Of a DNA stretch of 64,000 nucleotides, positions 13,201-24,009 are shown in pieces; positions within the stretch are counted from its first letter, which is position 1; each line of letters opens with the position of its first letter. A program made the translations under genes and the position numbers. This DNA comes from Raillietiella orientalis (lineage: Eukaryota): positions 3,162,001 through 3,226,000 of the forward strand of contig JAYWIR010000020.1 of NCBI GenBank assembly GCA_036172245.1, given 5' to 3'. Below the pieces are notes generated by a model. It searched no databases. It had not been told where the DNA came from and worked only from the letters and a program-made list of their open reading frames with translations.

Positions 13201-14681
13201 CCAGAAATGCGTCACTAAGCGCCGGCTGCCGGACCAAACTTCAGCTTCAACTTCTTGGCGCGAGGCTGGACATAGCAGTCAAAACATTTTCTTCTCCCGC
13301 AAATGCATTCGAACCGTCCGAGGTGCGTCCCAGCGCTTGTTGGCTGGTGGTGCTGATTCTTCAACACCATCCGACAAGATGCTGGCGATCTTCGTTTCGG
13401 AAGGTACGCAAATCTTTCTGACGAGAGGATCATTCTAGTGTGTCGCTGTGGATTAGGAGAACGATGAGAAGGATATCACAGTGGCCTTCCTTGCAAATAA
13501 CTCTTGTGCAGTTTGAGGAAACTTCTCTTCTTGAAAAGTTCGGTGCCCCTCAGAGAACTTCCTACGAGTACCGGATAGAAAAAGTCGACTCTTTATAGTT
13601 TTGAAAATTCGTGCTGATTTCTCGGCATCTCTTCCGTGAGAAACAAGGAATGTTTTTTCATCTTTTCCTTTGCCAAGGCCAGTATCGACCTCACAAGGAT
13701 ATTGCAATCATTGGTCGAAGGATGATGGAGTCCTGATACATCATCACTTGGACCTGCTGCCTTCTCCGCACTTCCGGCTTTTCTTTTTTCTTCGGTTCTC
13801 TTTTCTCTCTTTCTCTCTTTCCTTTATCTTTTTTTTTTATTATCTGGAACCGATTCTTCACTCCATAAGGGCGTCACCAGTCTTCCTCTGCCACGCACCG
13901 GAGTTGTGCGTGGAGGAGGTCACATTCGCAATTCCCGGCTGCTAGTCGGGAGTATCTTCCCGTGCACATCCGAAGTCTGAGCCGTCTCTGCGCCATCTTG
14001 AGACTCGAAACCCACGGCGCATTCAACTCTTGCTGAGGTGTCCGAATTTCCGAACCGGGCGCCGCACACGGAGACTGCAGCAAAATCAGGACCAGGGCTC
14101 ACCGTTGCCACAGGCACAGAGCCATCCCAGACACTAAGATGAGATCCTGGAGACATCGCACACCTCCATGTTTATGCGCGTGTCTCTTGCGCGGTGGTCG
14201 GGCCATCACCTCAAATCGTTTGCTTTACTTTTTCCCTTCCTTTTGGCCACTTCGCTGGACAACTCTTGATCTTTCTTCCCCTGCCCGAGAGGGACAGCAT
14301 CCTTCCGCTGCGATGGACTGCGATACTTCCGCTAACCAAAGAAGGCCGTCTCGTGAATGCGGAAGTGCGCTTGAGAAAACGGCCGCAGAGGAAAAAAGCA
14401 CGTCGAACAGGGCACGGGGAAGAGAAAGGGGGGGGGGGGGCACGCATCTATGCCTAACCATTGCACAAGCGCGAACCATGATGTCCCGAAATGTAAGGAA
14501 GTGAAACACATGGAACATCCTGCTCCATATCGAAAAGTGATTTTGTTGTTCATTTTTTCCTTCCAAGGCTATGGTTTTCTTTTCCGGGAAAGTTCAAGGC
14601 ACGGGTTTATACCGCTTCAAGCAAGCCGTCGAATTCATTGAGGAGAAACTCGACTGGTTGAAAAGATTCAGACAAGACCTG
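1217..14681 (+). CDS. M1 family aminopeptidase N-like protein, 5'-partial, catalytic motifs degenerate
   Basis: Phase-consistent GT-AG exons: 1217-1371, 5276-5518, 5574-5741, 7362-7590, 8042-8219, 8272-8505, 10219-10491, 12310-12532, 14568-14681 (TGA), about 604 aa in window. Recognisable M1 segments: DLVGLPDYEEGNISPWGLV, SISHQ|WFGNVVSMKSWSSEWLNEG, KGANLLMMLR, MMNTWVLQRGFPVL, FYRVSY, ERAP1-C-like helical region (VWRFVRLNWD; FKQAVEFIEEKLDWL). N-terminal exons were not found in 1-1216 and are presumably upstream of the window. Confidence 0.9.
6340..6890 (-). mobile_element. SINE-like family copy in aminopeptidase intron
   Basis: Shares with the 41.7-42.5 kb copy: cttcccagtttctctgaagggcgctcc, ttcctggaaggactccggagagtcgacttcc, gtccaaccagtgtcatcttgc and a degenerate B box (gggattggaaccc). 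Confidence 0.75.
7225..7289. repeat. Short imperfect tandem repeat
   Basis: CTTCAAGGTTG occurs three times (7242, 7262, 7279), shortly before the 7362 exon. Confidence 0.8.
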
Positions 14682-14935
14682 AACTCTTGGCTCATCGACC
14701 AGTTGGGCCCCAGCCATTTTGACACGGACTGAGACTAAAGTTCGAGTGCTCGTGAAGTTCGGGACCCAGTTGCTGACTAAACAGAGTTGCCACCGACGGA
14801 GCACTGGATCGGGAAGGTTCCCAGTGAGGGAAGCTGAAGTGAAACTTACCTGCAGTTGCCCCTCAGATACTATATGTGACCATCACGTTGTTCTGTTGCA
14901 GCATCTTGCTGATTTGTAATGGTTACAGTGGCCAT

Positions 14936-14941
14936 AATAAA
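14936..14941 (+). promoter_or_regulatory. Probable polyadenylation signal of the aminopeptidase-like gene
   Basis: AATAAA about 255 nt downstream of the stop at 14681, followed by T-rich sequence. Confidence 0.5.
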
Positions 14942-17900
14942 ACGAAAATTCTTTTTATAATCCAAGGTTCAAAGGAGATTCAAATGTGTTCTTTCCAAAA
15001 ACACGTGCCAAGGAGGGTGCGCTTCAGCGGCCCTTTGCAACACAGCGACGTCCGAAAGGCCCATCCCATGTAGCTGCTCGTGTCTGGTACTTCTTTCTAT
15101 CAAATGCATGTATTTAAATTGTATATCGAGTTCTTCATTCCGGTATGGGAGGGGTTTTTTCAAGTTTTCGTCTCCACATATTCGCGTGATCTCTTTCTTG
15201 ACTTCTAAAACGTGTAGGTGTCCAGCCTCTCGTGATTCTTGAGGACTTGTCTGGAAGACGGCGACGAAATCATGCAGTTCGTGGCTTTCCGGATGGCGCG
15301 ACCGTCCTAAAGCAGGAATGGGGGAGTCGAGGAGGAGAACGGCGCTGTGTGAGTGGCCCTCGGGAATTTTTCGAAACCGGAATCAACGTTCTCACCCAGG
15401 AAGGTCGCTGATATAAGGAGCCACCTCTGCTGGAATCAAAAATTTTAAAAACGTTGCTTTTATAGAATGTTGCTGATTGTATCGAGAGGGGCAGTGGAAA
15501 TAGAAAATAATTAATTTTGGGTAATGAAATAAAAGAAATCAAATTTTCTTCTGCATGCTCCATAGAAGCGTTCATCATGGTATCCCGATCACATACCACC
15601 TCTTTAAATTTTTCACCAAGAAAACTGGAACCTGTGAGGCGTCGTACGAAAGTTTCTCCCCGGATATAGTGAATAGGCGAATTCCATGTCCTTTTTTTTT
15701 TGAAGTTGCTCAGGGCCCACCCACCACTTGCCAAAAATTCCCCATTACATCCCGACCGAATTTCCTTGGTCTTTCATTTTAAGATTTCATTTGTGATGCT
15801 GTTTTTTTTCCCGAGTCTCGCTGTTGCAGAAGCCACAGGTGCAAAGCTGGTCCCATTTCAGGAAAATTCGAGATCGACTCATCCTGTTTTTAGGTGTTTT
15901 GGAACATCACAGCATGGGGCGACGTAACCTTCTCTTCAGTTCTCTTCATCTTTCGCGATTTTCGAGATTGTGGGTTTATCCACGTTACGTTTCAAATACA
16001 ACACTTTTACCTTCGTTCCCTTTTCGCTTTCACATAAAACATCTAACCTTTTATTTGAGCAGATGGCCGATTGCTCTTATTTTTCGCCATCTCTAACACG
16101 GTTGAAAAAAGTTTCTTTAGTCGAATGACGGGAAACTTGAAATGTTGACTGCTTCAAGGGTTGCTTTAGTCAAAAGTGTCTTTTATCATAGGTGACCACA
16201 TCGAATGTGCACTGTACATCATGCACTTAAAAAAGCGTACACTGAGACAATATCCGTGTAGCCAGAAGACTTTCATCGTGAACGGGCAACGAGCAACTTC
16301 CGGTCGTACAAAAAAGGCTGCCACGGCTGGGTATGCGTGTTTGGAGACACCAACTGGCACGCTGAAACACGGGTGCCACTTCAGTCTGCTTGCTTTCACT
16401 GTTTCAAATACAGAGTTTTCTTTTCTTTTTTTCTAATCGTACACAGTGTCCCGCTCAAGCGTGAGACATCACTAATGAGGAGAAAGAAAATTTACGTGGT
16501 GAGAACCGGCGGATCTTTGGGAGTTAAAAGCTTTCCTTCGTGAGAGTGGAGGTTTGTTTCATCTTCCGTGAGTCTGCCTTTGGCTACGAAGAGCATGTGG
16601 TGTGACGAGGCCTCTTTGCCACGGAGTATTCGAAAGCATTGCTGGAGAAGCTTGAAAGAGGGCACCGTGGTTCGGAACACACTCTCGAACCGGCACAGCA
16701 GCCGGTGAAGAAACCTCGGATTGGAAATCGCCTATGCGGGCAAAGCCCCAGGGCCAACCTGTGCTGATGGTGCATGGTGCGCGCACGACAAGTGGTCAGC
16801 TAGCTAGCCGATTGCCAAACATCACCAGCCGCGCGCACTTACAGGGAGATCTTTCGTTCAGAGAGCCTCTTAACCGCTGCAAGGTCTGCGGTCCGACCAG
16901 GGTCGATTCTCGACAGAGCTGCTCTGTCCCGCAGAACTGCACCCGAAAGAACTGCAGAGATGATGACGACGGCTCGAGGCATTCTGTATTTGAGAAGAGC
17001 GAGAGTTTCGCTTTTCCCTCTTCCTTCCTGGCACCAGATGAGACCACTTGGATCCCAAGTACAGCTATCCCAGTATGCATCTTCGTCGGAGGACTGGGTC
17101 AAGAAATGGATCTTGCTGAGAATTCACTTCGAGTCAATCCAATTTAAGGTGCTGTCCCGTGATCAAATTCGAGAGAATGGAGCTCCGGTGGTTTCTCAAG
17201 TTCAACTTGCCCCTTGTAAAGTTTGCTGGTGCAGTCACAGAGTCCGTGCAGACCATGGACGCACGGCAACTTCTGCAACTCACCGAGGAATGGGACGAGT
17301 AGCCTTTTGCGGAGCACAGAGCCTACTCGAAGTTTCTGAACAGCTCTCGAGGCCCGATGTCTGCCCTCATAGGTGCCACTGGAGAGTGGGTGAACATCGA
17401 TCCCACCTGGAAAAGGAAACAGGCACTGGTGAGACTTCATCAATTGAAGATTCTGCCTAGAAGCAGAGAAATTTGGGAAGAACTAGACCTGGTGATACTT
17501 CACCATATCCCTGTTCCAAGGAAAACTTTTATTTGGATACACACCAGAGGCCATGGTTGAAAATGGAACATTGCGAACAGTTGGCCACCAGTGGCAATCG
17601 TCACCAAGCGCGACTGTTTCGATATTGTACAGAAATGAAAGTTCAGCTATAGGACGCGGGAGCTTTGAAAACAGCTGCCACACCAAGCATGGCTGTTGAT
17701 GACCAAAGCCGACATAAAGGAAGAAATCTTGAAGGAATGTCGAGATGATGATGCCTTAGATGCATCTTCAAGCCGGCATAGATGTCCGCGTGCAAACGTG
17801 CAAGAGGTTGGAGATGCACTTTGGAGGAGTGACCTTCCTCCGGACACCAGGATGATGACCCCCTATTGTTCTATCACAAAGGGGTCCTGAATGGCTCCAG

Positions 17901-19099
17901 ACTCCGATACTGGACCGCAGTACATCCAAGATGGACTCTGCAAGACGTGTGGAGACGAAGAAACGCAGCTCCACGTGTTCACCTGCTCTATGCTTCGACC
18001 GGATTGGCAGGTGGTGAAGGCGGTGACCGACCTGCAGAAGGCAAAAAGATGGAGGTTCTGACAGATTTATTTCAGGATCTACAGGGGTACGGAAACGTAA
18101 TCCTGTAGATCCCGATGGTTCGAACCAAACTTGTCCCCTTCTTCACAGCAATTGTGATAAGAAGGGCAAAGAAGCAAAATATGAGAAGACCACCGGCATT
18201 AGAAGTCTTGAAAGGACTCGCGCAGAAAGTGACAGGGATCACGTCCAGGCGGGGACCCTTCCGCAGTTCCTGATTTGCGAAAAGGTCCCCACCTGGATGT
18301 ATCGCTACATCCTGAGGAAAATTGGCGACTACGTCCAAGCAAAAGGAACCATCCTCCACCCACCCTGAATCCAAACTTCAATAGATGCACAAGTGTGAAA
18401 GGGAAAGTGAAGGGAAATGAACAGTGCAAAAACAGTGAAGTTATTGGTGAAGAAATCATTGAAAGAAACAAAAAGACTTAAAGCTGTTTGCTTAAAGTTA
18501 CTTTAATAAATTCAACACTTTGCGTGTCAGATTTGGGGAAAATTGCAGTCACAGGTGGAGATCCGTACGTAGCATTCCTGACGGTCTCGTTTCGTCTGCT
18601 CCGCGCTCTGCATTGAAAAGGAAGTTGAATAGGCAAGCCAAGTGGTCTACCATCGTACCCTCCATCAAGAGCACCATTGTGTTCCAGTGCTTAACCATGG
18701 ATTCGGTAAAGACTGTGGTAACCGAATGCTCAGGTTCCAACAGAAATCTCCGTCTTGACTGTCGTCAATTCAAGAGAATCTTATCTGAGTTGTAGGTAGA
18801 AGGAATGCCTTCTGCAAAACTCTCATTGGCTTACCCGCAAAGAGGGGATGTAGGGCGTTCCTGGGAACTCAAAGAGGAGATTCTTCTGGCGGAGGGAGCG
18901 GAGCACCCGCAGGAAGAACCCACTCCGAAGAAAAGCAGAAGAGGAGTTCCCGTTCCGAGGACAGCACTGACCTTTTCTGACTCTTCCGCAATTCTGGTGC
19001 TTGTTCCGAGACCAAAGACGTGCGGGCTCCCGGCAGAGCTTGCTACCTGACAGCTTGGAGGAGACATCGCTACCAGCGAAATTCCATTGGGAGCTTTGC

Positions 19100-22000
19100 C
19101 GGCGCCGACTCGAAGCTGCGGCTCGCCTTCTGCACCCCGATCGTACAGCTCGAGGAAAGTGGCAGGCTTCAGGCGCTCTTCTCGCCTGTTACTGAGACGA
19201 GAGTGGCTGAGCAGAGGTGCCAAGGTGACGCCCTCCGGGTGCCGCTCAGCATGCACCGGAAATGCGGTCTCAAGAAGCTGTTGTGCAAGCGCAGAGCGGT
19301 AAGGGGAGAAAAGGGGAGAACTTTCTGCGCTGGCTGCTTCCACCTCTCGTTCGGCTAACTAATGTCCGCCGATGTGATCAATGTCACTACCATCTGTTGT
19401 GGACCATGGGGAAGCTCTCGCTCATTTTCAGCCCGTTGGCGGGGATTTCTGGAGATCTCCAACGCGCCGCCCTATTGATCTAGCCCAGAAGATAAATTCC
19501 CTCTCACAGAACAGAACCCAATATCGGGCAGTCGAATTCAATACCGTCCCGGCTGCGCGTCTGCTTTTTCGTATTCCTTAAGCTGAAGTTCAAATGATTT
19601 CTCCCGTGGTGTGCGCCTGCGCGTCTCATCCTTCGGAGATGCGCCAGCAGCTAAGGGCTGCTCTCGTTGCTGCCGCGCTTCCTCTGCAAGGACTTGGCTT
19701 CCCGCCGAGGCAACTCGCCTCCCACCTGGAAGCCCGTCCGTGGATCTCCCGCCGCCCTCTGAACTTCCAAGCCTAACGGCAAGAGGCGGTCGCGTTCTAG
19801 GTTGCTTTCCGAGGAATGCGCCCTGTGCAACTTCGTCCCCTATGTCTCCCCCTCAGTCACATTCTGGAAGCGGTGATGCAGGACTCGACGAAGTGGTCCT
19901 CCCTGACCGCCACACGCTCTCTTCCTCATCCACCCTTTGGGAAAGGTACTGCAGGACTCTGCTACTCCGGCCACCACACCTTTTGCCGCATTGCTGCCTG
20001 CCCTATGGGTAAGCGACGACAGCAGCTGCCTTCTTGCGAGGTGGGAGATCTCCTGCGCCGATGCAGGAATGACGAAACTCCTAGGCGGCTGAACGACGAG
20101 CGAGCTGGTGGGCGCTTCCTCCTCTCGTTCACGAGCGATGGGTCCAAACTTTCGAGTGAGCCCCCTCCTCCCTCCTTCTGCAAACCCGTGTTTCCTCCTG
20201 TGTGCTCGAACACTTCCGTGTTCCCCTCAAGATGGAGGCGGGTTGCCTTTCTTCTGCTTCTCCTGCACTGGGGACTCCCTTGAAGTCGGCGACTGAACCC
20301 TCGTTTGCAAGGGGAATTGCATCCCCGAGTCCGCCGCATCTGATCTCGACTGCAGTGCCCTCCACGAACGCTGGATTTCTTTCAGTGAACGAAGCGTGTT
20401 CGGTGTGCCGGTGCGCCGCGGAATACGACAGGGCGACAGCTTGAACCCCTTGCTCTTCAGCACCTACTTCGAGCTGGTGCTGAGGGCGTACAGGGAGACT
20501 CTAGCTCGCCTGCTGCGCATGTGCCCAGATACACCGATCGTGGCGTCGTACGCGGCTGCTGCTCCCCATGTCCACCCCGGCGTCGGCGGTCGAGCTGCTG
20601 CGTCGCGGGACAGGACTGGAGGTTAACAGAGCGAAGTCGTGCATAGTAGCAGTTGGTTCGGCGTGGGAAGGGCGGCAAGAATGTTTCCGCTTGGGGATCC
20701 CCACGGTGCGGTACTTCAAGTACCTCGGTGTGCCGTTGGGGGAGTATTCTCCGGCAGAGGTGTGTCTTCTGCTGCTGCCTCCAAAACGCTGAGAAGGCGA
20801 TCGGCCCGTTCCTGGATGGCAAGTTTTTCTTGCCGGAACGGACCACGGTGTAAAACACGTTCGTGGCCCCCCTTTTTCGCCCCTTGATTTCTGTTTATCC
20901 TCCACCAAGAGGAATTAAGAAGCGGACGAAGGACCTTCTGAGAATCGCCCTGTGGGGCACAGGGAGACCCCGAGTCCGGCTTGTGGACTTGTGCGCTCCG
21001 CGTCGCGACAGAGGCCTCGGCCTCCTGACGCTGCAATGGCTGGAGCTGCAGCTCCAGTTCAGAACTTTAGCCCTAGTGGCGAAGCTATGGAGCACCTGCT
21101 GGTGCGAACCTGCGCGACATTTAGTCCAGCGAGCCAGCGGCTGTGCGGAATTGTCTACCTTCCAGGCGCGCCGCCAACGTCGGCACCTTTTCCGTTGCGG
21201 ACTGGAGCTCCGGCGTGTGGCCAAGCTGACCAGGATGAACAACTGGATCTTCTGCCAACCCACGAATGGTACTGCCTGGTTGCAGGAAAGCCTTCGCACG
21301 TGGGCCCAGAACAAGAAAGCGTGCCCGGAGTTGCAGCAGCGACTGCTGCAATCCTTTTACAACAGCCGCTCCCTGCAGGACGTGATCGTGCAGCGCGCCT
21401 CGCATGCGTGGGCCGAGGAGACTTCCCTAGCCGCAGCTCTGCCCTACCTCAGGGAGCAATTGGGCAGTAGCCAGCCGGCGAAATGGGAAGTCCGATGTAG
21501 AATCTCTGCAAAAGAGAGAGAACAAGATGGTTGGACCACGGGCCAGCTAGCTGACGCCGCGACCCGAAGTGCCCCACAGAAGGGACTGTTCCTCTGGGGC
21601 GAGCTACTGAGCATCCCTCTGGAAGAACTCTAGTGGCCCCCAGTGCTGAGGAATACCCGGGCACTCCCCCTGAAGTGGCAGCAGTCGGCGTTTCTGGTGT
21701 TGCACTGGGGACTCCCCAGCAACTCCCGCCGATCTCACCGGACGAGGGAGGCAGTGGATCCGAATTGTGTCAGGTGCGGGGCACGAGAATCCCTCCCGCA
21801 CCTGCTTCTTGACTATGTTGCTCTCCGGCTCTTGTAGTTGCGTTTTGCAACGGCTCTAGGAGCACCTTCGAACGCTCCCTGAGACGTGATGAAGCGCCTC
21901 TTTGTGCGCGACACTCTTTCGCGTGCCGCAGCCCTAGCAGCCCTTTGCTGCCTAAGTGGGATTGTGGCGGCTTGGAGCAATGCCACTGGTGGACAGCACG

Positions 22001-22351
22001 ATAGGGACGCCATCTGCTTCGACCTGGGCTTCCTGAGGACAGCAGCCAGATGGCTCCATCTGGGACGCATGCAGATGGAACTTGCCAGCATCCTGGAAAG
22101 GATGTAGAGGACGAAATGGAACCTGCAGTGGAACCTGATCCCTTCACCTTTCTCCCCCGGCTTTTGTAAATAGTGCCTTCTTTTTTTTTTTTTTTTGTTT
22201 ATCCCTTCCCCCTCTGCTGCAGAGTGGAACCTCGCCGGCCTGAGTGCCAGTCACTCGACAAGTTCCGAACTTTGTTTCGGATGTTGTAGGGCCTATAGCC
22301 CTACACATATAAGTTTATTGTAGAAATAAATGCCCCGGCGCACCCGGGTGT
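19100..22351 (+). mobile_element. Degenerate non-LTR retrotransposon (L1/Tx1-like LINE): ORF2 remnant plus 3' UTR
   Basis: Frameshifted motifs in order: APE-like VGGDFW (~19435), RT RRGIRQGDSLNPLLF (~20415), VASYA (the DD is missing), GLEVNRAKS, FKYLGVPL, LWG...LCAPRRDRGLGL, C-terminal CVRCGARESLPHLL zinc-knuckle (~21765), then a T-rich 3' UTR, AATAAA and a terminal hairpin. The 5' boundary is approximate. Confidence 0.85.
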
Positions 22352-24009
22352 GAACGACGAACGCTGGAGGAGGAGGAGGCCTCCGGCGCTCCTACAACAG
22401 GATGACGCTGCCCGTGACATGCTGCGCGGCGGACTCGGCGCGGTGACGATGTCGCGTCCGGGGCTCCCTCACGGCCCGCCGCGTCTCCGAGAAGGAAGGG
22501 CAGCGAAGGGAGGCCGCCCGCACAACAGCCGCCTGCCCGGGGACGGCTGCAAGGTGACCTCACCTAGAAGGGAGAGGAACTCAAGGCGGAAATCGGGAAG
22601 TATTCAGTGCCACTTCTAGGGAAAAGGAAAGGCCGAAACCGGTGGCCTCTGTTTTCACCCTTCCTTTTTATTTACTTAGTCACAGTCCCCTCTCTCGCTC
22701 TCTGGATTCTTCCCGCTGTCTGCGAAGGAACGAGAAAGCCCTTGCCCTACGTTGTTGTTTTTTTATTTTTTATCATCCCCGCCCATCCGTTCCGGACTAC
22801 TGGAGGAGCGACTGACTCGTGTGTCGATGCACCCTCGCTTTGAGCTTGTTATTTTATTTCATTCTTGGGGGGTATGTGGGGGTGGGAAGGAGGAAACTTG
22901 AGGATAGTTCCCAATAGCGACTTTGTCCATCCTTCGAATAAACATCCCAACGTAAAAAAATCTCTAACGATTTCCGGATGCTGCCGGGACAATCCCGCAT
23001 CACCCTCGTGCACGGGGATGCATTTCACAGATTTCTGTGCTGAAGAGATCAGAGCAAAGCGAACATGCCTTCTTCTTCGTGCCATTGCCTCCGCTTTCTC
23101 GCAGCACGTCACAAGGTGACCGTGGAAACGGCTCATTAGCCGTCTGAACCGTGGAGCTGCTTGCCTTTAGCTCCCACAAGCTCCATTTGAGTTTCCTCAT
23201 GAAGTTCCGTTTCTTCTTTCGTGCATTCGCGTTCTTCCGTCCCTGGCCTGATTTGGTCGGCCAGTGGTCGCTTCTTGTTCCACTCTCACTCCGTTTCGCT
23301 CCTAAAAACGTACCCCGTCCCCCCCCCTCTCAACAACAACAACAAATATGGCGCACGGAAATGGAAACTCGGATGTCCCACGTAGGGCGGGCCGGCGGCG
23401 CTTCCTCCTCGAAGATGCTCGAAGAAGAATGCTGCTTGAGGCGCCATCCTGTCCCTCTTAGACATCACTCTGGACACTTCTCTGTTCTATCTTCCCTCCC
23501 CCTTACTCCTTTGGAGAAGGCAGTGGTGGCACCCCTGATGCAGACGAAGAGCCTTTCCCCGTAGAGGTGGCGAGCGCAGGGTCGTGGAAGCCAGCCAGGG
23601 TGTGTTTTGGACGGTCAACCGCGTGCCTTGGAATGCTCCGCGGAGTGCAGGTCACCTGGCAGGGGCGAAAGGCATCCTCCCGCGGGGCGGCCTCTGGCGG
23701 TGCTCTCGCGGTGCCAGTTTTTAAGGAGGACGGCGGTGGCGGCGCCCCCCCCCCCCCCCCGTCCCGCGCGGCGAGCGGCAGAACCGCGCTAGGCTCAAAG
23801 CAAGACGCGCGCCGCGGCGGCGACTCCGAGAGGCGCGCCTGTCGCTCATGGGAGCGAAGGCCAGGCACGTGCTCCCGCCGAATCCCGAGTCCGACGAGTC
23901 ATCCATTGCTTCCCGGCACGGTCGAACGAGGTCGCGTCTCTCCCCGACCCGACAGCTGCAGCCGCAAAAGCGCATCTTTGGCGACGTGATCGGGGAAGCC
24001 CTTGTTTAC

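Noticed and set aside
16500..18500. Possible ORF1/gag of the downstream LINE (CKVCG motif at ~16878)
   Set aside because: No complete zinc knuckle or continuous frame. Probably decayed TE sequence, but it cannot be assigned.
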